From a virus (lineage: Duplodnaviria; Caudoviricetes): DNA of 64,000 bases. The stretch covers positions 1-64,000 of IMG/VR virus record IMGVR_UViG_3300032328_000934. One strand, given 5' to 3'. A program made the position numbers and the translations under genes. The stretch's first letter is position 1. The number at the start of each line of letters is the position of its first letter. The notes beneath the pieces are model-generated. The model had not been told where the DNA came from and did not search any database. It worked only from the letters and a program-made list of their open reading frames with translations. Shown here piece after piece: positions 34,429 through 43,343 of this stretch.

Positions 34429-35764
34429 TCTGTACCTCTGTTTTTATTTTTACCTGCTCTTCCTCATAAGTGGTATTGTACAGTTGAGCAATCGTGTCCT
34501 TGGATATGGCACCTACCTGTTGCGCTTGAATTGCAAACTGAGTAAGTGTCGTCATATCTTGAAATTGAATTGGTGAGAAATAGGGCTGCGGCCACTCTGA
34601 AAAATTGTTGCGGGTTGCCAAGTCTTCATACAACCATTCAATCCACTGAATAATACGCTCGCGTAATTCTGCAAGCGTCGCTGTAGGACCAAGAGTTGCA
34701 ATACGACTATCAGAAGAATTACTACGCAATGATTCGCCAACGGTGAGAATTCGCGGAAAACCTAATGCAAGAAACACATCTGCGTTTGGTTCCGCGTATT
34801 TTGCCTCGTTCAGGAGTGCATCCAACGGCGGGAGAACCCACTTAATCTCGACCGTGTGGTTTGTAAAGAGATTAAACACACGATCACCAGAAGTAGCTGC
34901 GTCGGTAATAGCACGCTGCGTTGCCTCAATGTCATCCTGTGTTGCGGGGAATTGATCGCTACCCACTTTAATTTGACGCAATAACTCAATTGATCGAGAC
35001 ACAATCGTCTGGTCCATAAGCTTCAAATATTCTTTATGCTGCATTGCCCGAAGCGCATTCTGCAAAAATGGGAGCGGGTAATCACTATACGAGACTAGAT
35101 CGGCGTATAGCGCCCTCTCTTCAATGGGGAATAACCTTTGGCCTGCCACGACTGCGCGTACGTAGGCAGGGTTAGTGCGTAATAATTCTTTGTAGGCTGC
35201 CGAATCATCAGTACCGTCGTTGCGCTTTCCTTTCTGCGTAATAAACGTTACTTCATCCATAGGAACTTCGAGGAACACGGCGCGATCCATTCCGTTCGGT
35301 TTTTTACGCAATTTTATGTTTGTTGGATTACGTATCCACATTGAATCGGGGATCTCAACACGCCGTCGTCCAAGCGTCGGATCTAAACGGTTCAGCATTA
35401 TCTGTTTGTACGTGATTCCGGGTACGGCTAACCCATGAATAAAATACTCCGTTGCCATATGCTTTAAGAACGGTTGCAGTTTTTTAGCCACTGCGTCAAA
35501 GAACTTTAGGGTAGACTCGTCATAGTCACCCTTACGGTTGCGTAATCTGGTAATAGCCAGATTTACCATACGGTTGACAACGGTGCGAGCAATTGTGTCA
35601 CGTTCATAAAAGTGACGACAAAAGACAATTAGCTCATGGTACGTGTACTTCCGAGAGTTATCGAAAGGTACTTGAGTCGGATCGTAATACCCCACCGTAT
35701 TTAAGTTATACATAAAAATTGGATTTGGGGTAAAACTTGCGACCGTTTTTGTTAAATTAGACAT
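34331..35764 (-). CDS. putative portal protein
   Basis: 477 aa directly after terminase; FYERDTIARTVVNRM and helical profile; low-complexity C-tail. Confidence 0.7.
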   Translation of the reverse strand: MSNLTKTVASFTPNPIFMYNLNTVGYYDPTQVPFDNSRKYTYHELIVFCRHFYERDTIARTVVNRMVNLAITRLRNRKGDYDESTLKFFDAVAKKLQPFLKHMATEYFIHGLAVPGITYKQIMLNRLDPTLGRRRVEIPDSMWIRNPTNIKLRKKPNGMDRAVFLEVPMDEVTFITQKGKRNDGTDDSAAYKELLRTNPAYVRAVVAGQRLFPIEERALYADLVSYSDYPLPFLQNALRAMQHKEYLKLMDQTIVSRSIELLRQIKVGSDQFPATQDDIEATQRAITDAATSGDRVFNLFTNHTVEIKWVLPPLDALLNEAKYAEPNADVFLALGFPRILTVGESLRSNSSDSRIATLGPTATLAELRERIIQWIEWLYEDLATRNNFSEWPQPYFSPIQFQDMTTLTQFAIQAQQVGAISKDTIAQLYNTTYEEEQVKIKTEVQNEPTTQPPPNGDSAPEEPSTPTGPRVQPPQGQ

Positions 35765-35766
35765 AC

Positions 35767-38361
35767 TTACCTCACTGTACTTGATGTAGTTGCTCTGGCC
35801 AGCCCCGCGGGAGCGACTACGTCGATACGCTCGCGTAATGCGGCAATAAAACATAGGTAGCTGGCATAAATATGATCGTCTGTGCTTTCTCCATGACCTC
35901 TCGGCGACACAACAAAGTAATGGACATGTCCGCTAGTACGTCGTTGGCGTGCCACACGTTCAAGTTGAGAGACGCCCTCGGCGTCAACCTCAGAGAAACC
36001 TATAGTTTTTCTTTGTATGTGTTTAACAAGTTCACTGGTGGCCCACGCCTTGAACGACTCGGTAATCTGAGTTCCGTCGTGGATAGTTCCTACAAGAATC
36101 TTTTCGTTAAACTGTACGGGGATAATTCGCTTCGAGTACATGCTCGCTGCGTACTCAGAACGCGAAGTTAAGCTCTGTACGATACCTGCACCACCCCCAC
36201 CGGCTCCGACGTCTATGGCGATCTTATTGGCACCATAGCTGCGTGCAAGATAGTCAATTGCTCGCTCTTGTTCCGGGAAGTCAATACGCTGCATTTTATA
36301 ACGAACGTGGCATTTCCACATGTCGTTGACTAATGCAAATACCTGAATGATCGTAGGGTCGGAGAAACCGGTATCGATTGCAAATACAATCCCGTCGTTC
36401 TTAGGTAAAGTTACAATTGGAAGCGCTTCCGATATAGAACGGCCAGTCTCTTTTTCTTTAGCCGTGTATTGATACGAGAAAAAGTCGTACGGCTGAATAC
36501 TCATTTGATCCCGGGAGATTACTTGGAACGTCGGTGAACCATGCTTACCAAGAACCAACTGTTGAAAAATATCCTCGTTCTCTCCCCCGTAACGACGGAT
36601 CGCATCGTCCCAGTCTGCTTTAGTAAAGTATGGATTGTTTGGAGCCGGGATGCGGTACTTTTTAAACTTTGGTGTTTTGACATCAAGCACGTAAAGTGCC
36701 GTGTTTCTCATACCGTTCGGCACACCACAATAAATTTCCTGCACTCTTGGTTCCCACGTATTAATTGTAGGTTGTAGTTGATAGAACGCAGTCATAGGAA
36801 ACAACTGAAACTCGTCTCCGGTAACCTTAGGAATGTGCAGACCGACCAAGTTGTTTGCCTCCTTACTACCTGCGATACGGGCGTAAAGGCGGTGCTTTCG
36901 CGTACCCATCTGAAAGTCTAACGTGCCCTTGGATCGATTTATGTTGTTATTTAAAAAATCCTTGAGTAAAGGACTTGTAGTAAACTTTAGAATTACCCGG
37001 TCAAGAATCGGTGTGAGCTGATTGGTGTTCGGTGTTACCAAAAGCTGCTCAGGAGTCTTTGGAAACTCAATGGTTGAGTTAACTATTTGGTAAGTCAGTA
37101 AATCCTCAAGAATTACCGAGTTGTGTACAATTATATTTTCTGAGATGTACGTCTCATCTTGATACACATGCACCGAGTACGTCTGCGCCCTTGATCCCTT
37201 GATTTTAGCGGTAACACGATCCCACTCGACTGTTTGAACTGGCGGCACGTTCTCTCGAGTTATTGAAACACTGACTCCGGGTAGCGTAAACTCACTCCAG
37301 AACCGCCGTGCATTAACACGATCGAGTGTCTCAACTTCCCACACCGAATCGTCAATATCAAAGATATGATGCTCGGACGCATGGTCAGTTATCTTCATAG
37401 CTCGAGTCCTTACTCCAAAGTAAAGCAACAACTCTTGCCAATCTTTTACGTACTGCTCATTAAGTAACTTGATCTTTACTGACTCTAAAGTAAGGTGCCC
37501 GTATTGAGCGTAGGCTGCTTCCATAAACGTGCGGATATTGTCTAGCCTTTGATTTTTAATCCAATCTAGACGAAATACTTGGCGAGCATCCTTGGCCAAT
37601 AAATTTAACTCTTGCTTAAGTTGATTCATGTAGTGACGTACCCCACCCGCTTTAATGCGTTCTAAGAAGACACGACCCTGCTCATCTTTGCGGTAAGTTA
37701 GGTACAGGTGGTGGGCAATATCTCGCAGCTCCGCATCGATCTTTTTAAAACGCGGGGTAATACCGACGGAGGCTTTATGAAAGACCGAGCCTGAGGCAAG
37801 GTACCCAAGTGCACGCAACTCGTGCCACGACAGCGTATCGTAAGTGCAGTGGTCTGTAGGTAACTTACCTGCGGCCGCAACTAGGTCACCAATTACTAAA
37901 TCCCCCATAAGGATAAATCCTTTGGGGGTAAGAATAGGATGCAGGTCAGTCGCTTTTATTTGGTTACCGCTCGAGGTCATCAACGTCCACACCGGTTTCC
38001 ACTGATCTCTTCGAATAAATCCCCGACGAAGTGTGAACTCTCCGGATGTGGAGTATCCGTAGGTCACGAAAGACTTTCTTTTTAAAAGTTTGGTTATTGT
38101 CTCATAACCCCTGTCGGTAAGAATACGCGCCGAGGCTGGTTGACACTTTCCGATTGCACGTCCACCGGTTACTACAATGTGTGCCGATTGATCACTGAGA
38201 ATTTCTCGTTGAAACGGGCGGAAAAAGAATTCCTCGGCGGGCCAGTTGGATTTGTTCATGTCAGCTGTGTTAGTAGAGCGAAGAAACTCATTCAACCAAA
38301 CGGGATCCTCTATTATCTCAAGTAGTGCGAGATCCGCGTCATCTAGCTTAGTTTTCAGCAT
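35767..38361 (-). CDS. terL: terminase large subunit containing an intein
   Basis: Walker A GGRAIGK|S, GDEFQ Walker B, GVPNG coupling motif, AIDTG nuclease, DDHIYA. Confidence 0.9.
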   Translation of the reverse strand: MLKTKLDDADLALLEIIEDPVWLNEFLRSTNTADMNKSNWPAEEFFFRPFQREILSDQSAHIVVTGGRAIGKCQPASARILTDRGYETITKLLKRKSFVTYGYSTSGEFTLRRGFIRRDQWKPVWTLMTSSGNQIKATDLHPILTPKGFILMGDLVIGDLVAAAGKLPTDHCTYDTLSWHELRALGYLASGSVFHKASVGITPRFKKIDAELRDIAHHLYLTYRKDEQGRVFLERIKAGGVRHYMNQLKQELNLLAKDARQVFRLDWIKNQRLDNIRTFMEAAYAQYGHLTLESVKIKLLNEQYVKDWQELLLYFGVRTRAMKITDHASEHHIFDIDDSVWEVETLDRVNARRFWSEFTLPGVSVSITRENVPPVQTVEWDRVTAKIKGSRAQTYSVHVYQDETYISENIIVHNSVILEDLLTYQIVNSTIEFPKTPEQLLVTPNTNQLTPILDRVILKFTTSPLLKDFLNNNINRSKGTLDFQMGTRKHRLYARIAGSKEANNLVGLHIPKVTGDEFQLFPMTAFYQLQPTINTWEPRVQEIYCGVPNGMRNTALYVLDVKTPKFKKYRIPAPNNPYFTKADWDDAIRRYGGENEDIFQQLVLGKHGSPTFQVISRDQMSIQPYDFFSYQYTAKEKETGRSISEALPIVTLPKNDGIVFAIDTGFSDPTIIQVFALVNDMWKCHVRYKMQRIDFPEQERAIDYLARSYGANKIAIDVGAGGGGAGIVQSLTSRSEYAASMYSKRIIPVQFNEKILVGTIHDGTQITESFKAWATSELVKHIQRKTIGFSEVDAEGVSQLERVARQRRTSGHVHYFVVSPRGHGESTDDHIYASYLCFIAALRERIDVVAPAGLARATTSSTVR
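37120..38145 (-). mobile_element. intein (342 aa) with degenerate LAGLIDADG endonuclease
   Basis: Begins CQPASARILT after the Walker A Lys; ends ENIIVHN followed by Ser. Confidence 0.92.
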
Positions 38362-38992
38362 CGAATGCCTCCTGACTGAAATCATCTGACAGCACTAAGT
38401 CATCTTCCTCTACATCAGCCGAACTGCCGGATTGTTTAGAGTTAACTACAGTATATCGATGTTTTTTACGCCAGCTGGAATCAGCAATGTCGAAGAAAAT
38501 ATCCCTCTCCTCGCGAGAAGCTGAAACTGCTTTGTTACACTGATTACAGTTAACTTTTAGTGTAAATCGAGAATGATCGTGCATAATAGAAAACCGTCCC
38601 AAGAGAATTTTACAATCTGGGCAGTAGAGTTTAACTAGGCGGCGTTCAAGAAAGTCTTGGGCAGTAGCCTTGAGATTAACGATATACTCAGCTATTGAAT
38701 CTGACTTGTCGTTCGTTCTGGTTTTTCTATCTAGTGCGAGTGCCCGCTCCAACTGTAGATTACGTTCAATGATGTCTTTAAGAGACGATCCCAAACGTTG
38801 AATCATATCAATATTATCTACGGGGTCGTCAGCGGTTAAGTCCTGAAGCTTTGCTTGAAGAGTTTCAATAATAACTTGATTATTAATGAGCATTTCAAGG
38901 TTCGCTCGGTCGTTCGGAGAAGATAACGTAACTAAGTCGTATTTGTCCGAATAGTCTTTTAAAATCTCACTAAACCTACGATTCTTTGTCAT
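38348..38992 (-). CDS. hypothetical protein with Zn ribbon, possible terminase small subunit
   Basis: Immediately upstream of terL; helical N-terminus, CPDC and CNQC. Confidence 0.5.
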   Translation of the reverse strand: MTKNRRFSEILKDYSDKYDLVTLSSPNDRANLEMLINNQVIIETLQAKLQDLTADDPVDNIDMIQRLGSSLKDIIERNLQLERALALDRKTRTNDKSDSIAEYIVNLKATAQDFLERRLVKLYCPDCKILLGRFSIMHDHSRFTLKVNCNQCNKAVSASREERDIFFDIADSSWRKKHRYTVVNSKQSGSSADVEEDDLVLSDDFSQEAFDAEN

Positions 38993-39005
38993 TTATTCCC
39001 CTTAC

Positions 39006-39045
39006 GATAAAGGATACACAACGAAACTCGTTGGTATCCTTTATC
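39006..39045. other. 18-bp intergenic hairpin without U-tract
   Basis: GATAAAGGATAC-A-CAACGA-AAC-TCGTTG-GTATCCTTTATC. Confidence 0.6.
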
Positions 39046-39066
39046 AATGTCATTATTATCTTGTCA

Positions 39067-41232
39067 CTAGCGAATTGGGCAGGCCCCACCTTCGCAGTCA
39101 CTACCGAGGTCATCGTCTACTTCTATGTTCTCATACTGAGTTAACAACGTAATAATTGAATCGCCCGTGATTGCCGAGACAGCCGCTGAACGCTGCAAGT
39201 ACTCTTCTTCCGTAATCTCCTCGTAGGGCATCAAAGGGTAAGCTGACGTAAATTTCGGAAGGAATGACACCCCGATGTAATCGTCCCAACGTTCGAGCAA
39301 GAGCGCAATAATTGCCGCTATTTCTGAAGGCTCGAACGAGATTGTGATAGACGTATTATGATCACTCCAGTTCTCTTGCAAAATGAAGTACCGATGTAAT
39401 TGATCAACGGCGGACTCAGCAGAAGCCGAGTGTTTTGCCGAGGTTTTAATCGGAAACTCAACAACCCACGTATGAGCATGGCGCAACGTGTTCTCGCGTT
39501 CCTCAGGAGACTGCGCTCGATACGCATCAGGCATGCAGGACGTGGCTTCCGGATAGATTGGGTACCCTGCTGCTTTCATGGCCATAGCCAAGGGATCTTG
39601 GCTAGAGATACGTACACGACGCACGTAGAGAGGCGCATACGAGGCATGGGCACCACTAGACACGGTAGGGAGCTGTGCGAGCGTCCCAGAGGGCTTGACG
39701 CAGGTAACCAGCAATGGCGGCGGGATTCTCAAAAGTTCTGCATAGCCGTGAGCGGAATTCTGAGCAACACGGTTAAGTGCAAAAAGCAGTCGTCTGACTG
39801 TCCAAAACTCAGCTTCTTCGGCACCGCCTACACGAATTGGATCTGCAGCTGATTTAGTTGTGTCGACACCAAGTGCATCCATAGCCTCGACGTACCCCGT
39901 AATCGACACACCGGTGAGACGGTCTCGGGCCTGTACTCTGTTCCAGTGCGGGAGTTCCAACTCCAGCGTGGCCATACGCACACCAATAGAAGTGGCAAGC
40001 TCAACTGCTGTAGAAAGACCCTCGTAATCTAACCAAGGTTTTGCCGTTTCGGCATCACGCACGAACGCCCGCATATTTACTTCTGAAAGATTGCAAACCC
40101 CGTTGTCCGCGAGTAGAATCTCCGCACACGGATTAGTGCCTGCATAGTTAGGCCGTCTTTCAGCAGCAGCAGTTGCATTGATAAATCCCGGCTCCCCATT
40201 AGTCACAATCCGTGAGAAAATGTTTTTTAGTTGCTCCTCAGTTGGTTTTTCAGTAAAAAACACCGAGTTGTTACTCATTGAGCGGAATCGTTTATCTGCT
40301 TTCGCAGGATCCGTCCAAAGATCTAATTTAGCGTCAAGAATTGAAGTATCGTTAATATCAAAAAGAGTAATCTCGCTAGAGCGGCGTACACCACCGACAA
40401 CTACAGCCTCTCCGATTAGATTCATAATGTCCATAGCCTGCACAGTAGTAATGTTCCAATCGCGTGTTTGGCCTACTACATAACCTTCGTTAAGAACATC
40501 TACAATCTTTGAATACATGTTGGATAGTGCACTTGGACCTGAGGCACGACCGCCAAAAGTCTTAAGCTGCTCTCCCGCAGGACGAACCCAGTTGTACACA
40601 ACATTAAGTTTTGTAGTACCTGCGGAGAAGGCGTCAAGCAAATAGCGTAACCCGTCAACCCAACCCTCTTTACTGTCCCCAATCCAAAGAGTTGCTTCTC
40701 CGTATGAATCGTGCTCAACCATAAGTTCTGTACGATCCTGTCGACCAATTGCCGGTACCGGTACGTAATCAACATTGTTAATTGAAAGACCGCGTTTAAT
40801 TCTTGGAAGACTTTTTACATCCTCAGGAAGAACACGAAATCCTACACCAGTACCCAGCATCATAAGGTAAAAAGCATCGTAGAATGCTTGAAAGTCATCA
40901 ACAATCATGAAAGAGCAGTTAAAGTTACTAAGCGGGTATTTCTTTGCGGCCTCAGTACCACCCGTCCACAAAGTACGACCAGCGGGGAATACCTTGAGGT
41001 TGAACATGTAATCAAAAAGAAGTTCCGCTTGTTCTTTAAGATCAGTAACACCTGACTTGTCGAGTGAAATACTATATTCGACAACACGCTTAACCGTGTC
41101 CTTCCAAGTCTCACGGCGTTTAAGATGGGGAATGAATCGACTGTAAGTACGGAGATAAACAAACTGACCCATTAGACTGGGCCAGTTTGGATTTTCATTG
41201 TACTGCGCTAAAAATTCTGGGGTAAGGTACAT
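39067..41232 (-). CDS. nrdJ: class II (adenosylcobalamin-dependent) ribonucleotide reductase, monomeric type
   Basis: RTYSR, PAGRTLW, NCSF, GGRASGP, GGVRRS, TNPCAEI, CNLSE, KPSGT, C-terminal CEGGACPIR. Confidence 0.95.
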   Translation of the reverse strand: MYLTPEFLAQYNENPNWPSLMGQFVYLRTYSRFIPHLKRRETWKDTVKRVVEYSISLDKSGVTDLKEQAELLFDYMFNLKVFPAGRTLWTGGTEAAKKYPLSNFNCSFMIVDDFQAFYDAFYLMMLGTGVGFRVLPEDVKSLPRIKRGLSINNVDYVPVPAIGRQDRTELMVEHDSYGEATLWIGDSKEGWVDGLRYLLDAFSAGTTKLNVVYNWVRPAGEQLKTFGGRASGPSALSNMYSKIVDVLNEGYVVGQTRDWNITTVQAMDIMNLIGEAVVVGGVRRSSEITLFDINDTSILDAKLDLWTDPAKADKRFRSMSNNSVFFTEKPTEEQLKNIFSRIVTNGEPGFINATAAAERRPNYAGTNPCAEILLADNGVCNLSEVNMRAFVRDAETAKPWLDYEGLSTAVELATSIGVRMATLELELPHWNRVQARDRLTGVSITGYVEAMDALGVDTTKSAADPIRVGGAEEAEFWTVRRLLFALNRVAQNSAHGYAELLRIPPPLLVTCVKPSGTLAQLPTVSSGAHASYAPLYVRRVRISSQDPLAMAMKAAGYPIYPEATSCMPDAYRAQSPEERENTLRHAHTWVVEFPIKTSAKHSASAESAVDQLHRYFILQENWSDHNTSITISFEPSEIAAIIALLLERWDDYIGVSFLPKFTSAYPLMPYEEITEEEYLQRSAAVSAITGDSIITLLTQYENIEVDDDLGSDCEGGACPIR

Positions 41233-41234
41233 CG

Positions 41235-41501
41235 TTAATCTCCTAAAGTAAAATTAATAGTTGGGTCAGTAAACGAAAAGTTTTGCATACACTTCAAAAT
41301 ACTTCGTTTATTCCGTTCAAATGCAACCTGAGCAACCATAAAATTACGAAGCTTGCTCAAAAATACCTGTGACTCTTCACCACTGTAGGGTATGTATACT
41401 TGATGAAATTCAAGACTTTCTTCGGATCCTGTAACTGTATAGCGTACACAGATTGTGCCGTCTCCAATCTCTGTGTACTCTACAACTGCGTATCTTGCCA
41501 T
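41235..41501 (-). CDS. hypothetical protein
   Basis: Operonic between mazG and nrdJ. Confidence 0.55.
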   Translation of the reverse strand: MARYAVVEYTEIGDGTICVRYTVTGSEESLEFHQVYIPYSGEESQVFLSKLRNFMVAQVAFERNKRSILKCMQNFSFTDPTINFTLGD

Positions 41502-41503
41502 TG

Positions 41504-41824
41504 TCAACGCTCATCTCCGCTACCTTGAATAGTGTTTCGTTCTACGCGGCCTAACAACTTTGCTTGATTGCGTTCAAGGACCTCTTCGAGAGTAAATCCA
41601 AGATCATCCACAATACAAGTCGCATACCAGATAACATCACCCAGTTCATCAATAATTTTGTTTGCTTGCTCAAGATCCAACTTACCGGCGGAATCTCTCA
41701 AGACTTTCTTTACTTTACCTGCTACCTCTCCTGCTTCTGATGCTAAACCTAGAGCGGGGTAAATTACTGCGAACTGACGGTCGTAGCGCTTAGTAGACAC
41801 TACAAATTTTTGATACTCGTTCAT
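41504..41824 (-). CDS. mazG: MazG-like nucleoside triphosphate pyrophosphohydrolase
   Basis: LGLASEAGEVAGKVKK, DELGDVIWY, N..KL..R..R..IQGSGDER. Confidence 0.9.
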   Translation of the reverse strand: MNEYQKFVVSTKRYDRQFAVIYPALGLASEAGEVAGKVKKVLRDSAGKLDLEQANKIIDELGDVIWYATCIVDDLGFTLEEVLERNQAKLLGRVERNTIQGSGDER

Positions 41825-41854
41825 ACATCCTCCAAAAATTTGAAAAAAAAATCG

Positions 41855-41899
41855 CTAACTTATTAATAATAATATTAATAAGTTAGTTATTATAATAAC
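41855..41899. promoter_or_regulatory. AT-rich palindromes in the divergent control region
   Basis: 14-bp arms 41855-41868 and 41873-41886, then perfect palindrome GTTATTATAATAAC 41886-41899. Confidence 0.55.
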
Positions 41900-42161
41900 A
41901 TATATAAGTATAATAAACAAGTTAGTATATATCTCTTTTATTTATATACTAGTATTTTTTTTTATTTTTGATCTGTTAGTAGTTTCCTATTCCCCACACA
42001 ATTATAACAATCGTGTCAAATAGTTTTATTAGAATTAGATAAGAATTAGATGAGTGTTGTATGAGTAGAGAATGCCGCTTAGTAAATGATCAGACTAATT
42101 AGCAAATTTGTGCTAAACTTAAGTAGGTGTATATACACTAAATTTTTGGTCAGGTGGTTTT

Positions 42162-42563
42162 ATGAGATACATTCGGTGCCTTTTTTGTGATAACGGTAAA
42201 CAAAGATTTGATTTTTTATGTAGGGACTGCCGCTTACTATATGGTCCATACGAGAAAGAACTTTGGTTTACCGAGCTAGTAGCCATGGAAAGAAAGCAGA
42301 CTAAAATTACTCGACAAGAGTCGACTAATTACGATGTCTCTTATCTGTCAAAAGAAATTCGCCCTCACTTGGGTTCATCCCGTGCTAGAGGAAGACCTAA
42401 AACAACAAGTTTAGTTGAGTCCTACGTACGCTCAACGTATGAACCTACGGCTTCTGTACGTCAGGTAACAGCTCGCTGTTTAGAAGCTGGTTTAGTTGTC
42501 TCTCGTGAGAGTATACGAACAATTCTAAACAAAATCAAGGTGACAAAAAATAAACATGATTAA
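42162..42563 (+). CDS. Zn-finger plus HTH-like protein, possible regulator
   Basis: CLFC/CRDC, RGRP, C-terminal SVRQV...VSRESIRTIL. Confidence 0.55.
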   Translation: MRYIRCLFCDNGKQRFDFLCRDCRLLYGPYEKELWFTELVAMERKQTKITRQESTNYDVSYLSKEIRPHLGSSRARGRPKTTSLVESYVRSTYEPTASVRQVTARCLEAGLVVSRESIRTILNKIKVTKNKHD

Positions 42564-42578
42564 TAGACAGGAGGATTT

Positions 42579-43343
42579 ATGCCATTAAACGTTCCTTCGG
42601 CAGTTACAGTAACTGTCGGCACTATAGAGATAGTAGAGAATGCCGCTACTACCCACTACCAACAATTTGTACTAACCTCACCTGAGGGAGTTGCGCTCGG
42701 TAGTACCGCTAACCCAATTCCCATGTACACCGCTGTTTCAGGAAACTACGTATCAAATTTCAATATAGGAGAGACAGTAGTCCCCGTAGGCGGGGCATTT
42801 TACGAGGAATCCTTAAACAATACTCTCCTTGAATTACAGACTAGCGAACTCTCCGTTAATCGACTGACGGTTCGCGGTAGTTTAAAGACTGCGGGCGATG
42901 GTCGCGTTAACGAACTTGTCGGATCTTCTAACAGCGGTTACGACGACATTTACGTTGCGTCCGGAGTATACGCCGCAAATAACTTAAACATACTTAATGC
43001 AAACGGTTCGTTCTTCACTCTTAACTCAACAACGTCTCGTCACTTTTATATACCAATGATACGATCTGGCTGGCGTGCACTTAGCTTTAGCTTTTTGGCC
43101 CCTGTGTCAGGGAGTCTTTCAATTCACGCTGACTTTGGGTCGCTTACACGAGATATACTGGTTACCGGACTTTTAGTTCTTCCTAATATTCGTTACGGCC
43201 TGCTTGGTTCTAATGTTACTACGTCAGGATCGTTGATTGGTATTCCCGCATTATCGGCACCTGTCAATGGGTTTATTATCTCCTTTGACCCAGCTGCAAC
43301 AGACGTGGGTTCTTTTGAAATTCACATTACACGAGGTGCTTAA
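42579..43343 (+). CDS. putative virion structural protein
   Basis: Beta-rich, Ser/Gly/Thr-rich, GGAGG RBS, start of the morphogenesis block. Confidence 0.55.
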   Translation: MPLNVPSAVTVTVGTIEIVENAATTHYQQFVLTSPEGVALGSTANPIPMYTAVSGNYVSNFNIGETVVPVGGAFYEESLNNTLLELQTSELSVNRLTVRGSLKTAGDGRVNELVGSSNSGYDDIYVASGVYAANNLNILNANGSFFTLNSTTSRHFYIPMIRSGWRALSFSFLAPVSGSLSIHADFGSLTRDILVTGLLVLPNIRYGLLGSNVTTSGSLIGIPALSAPVNGFIISFDPAATDVGSFEIHITRGA

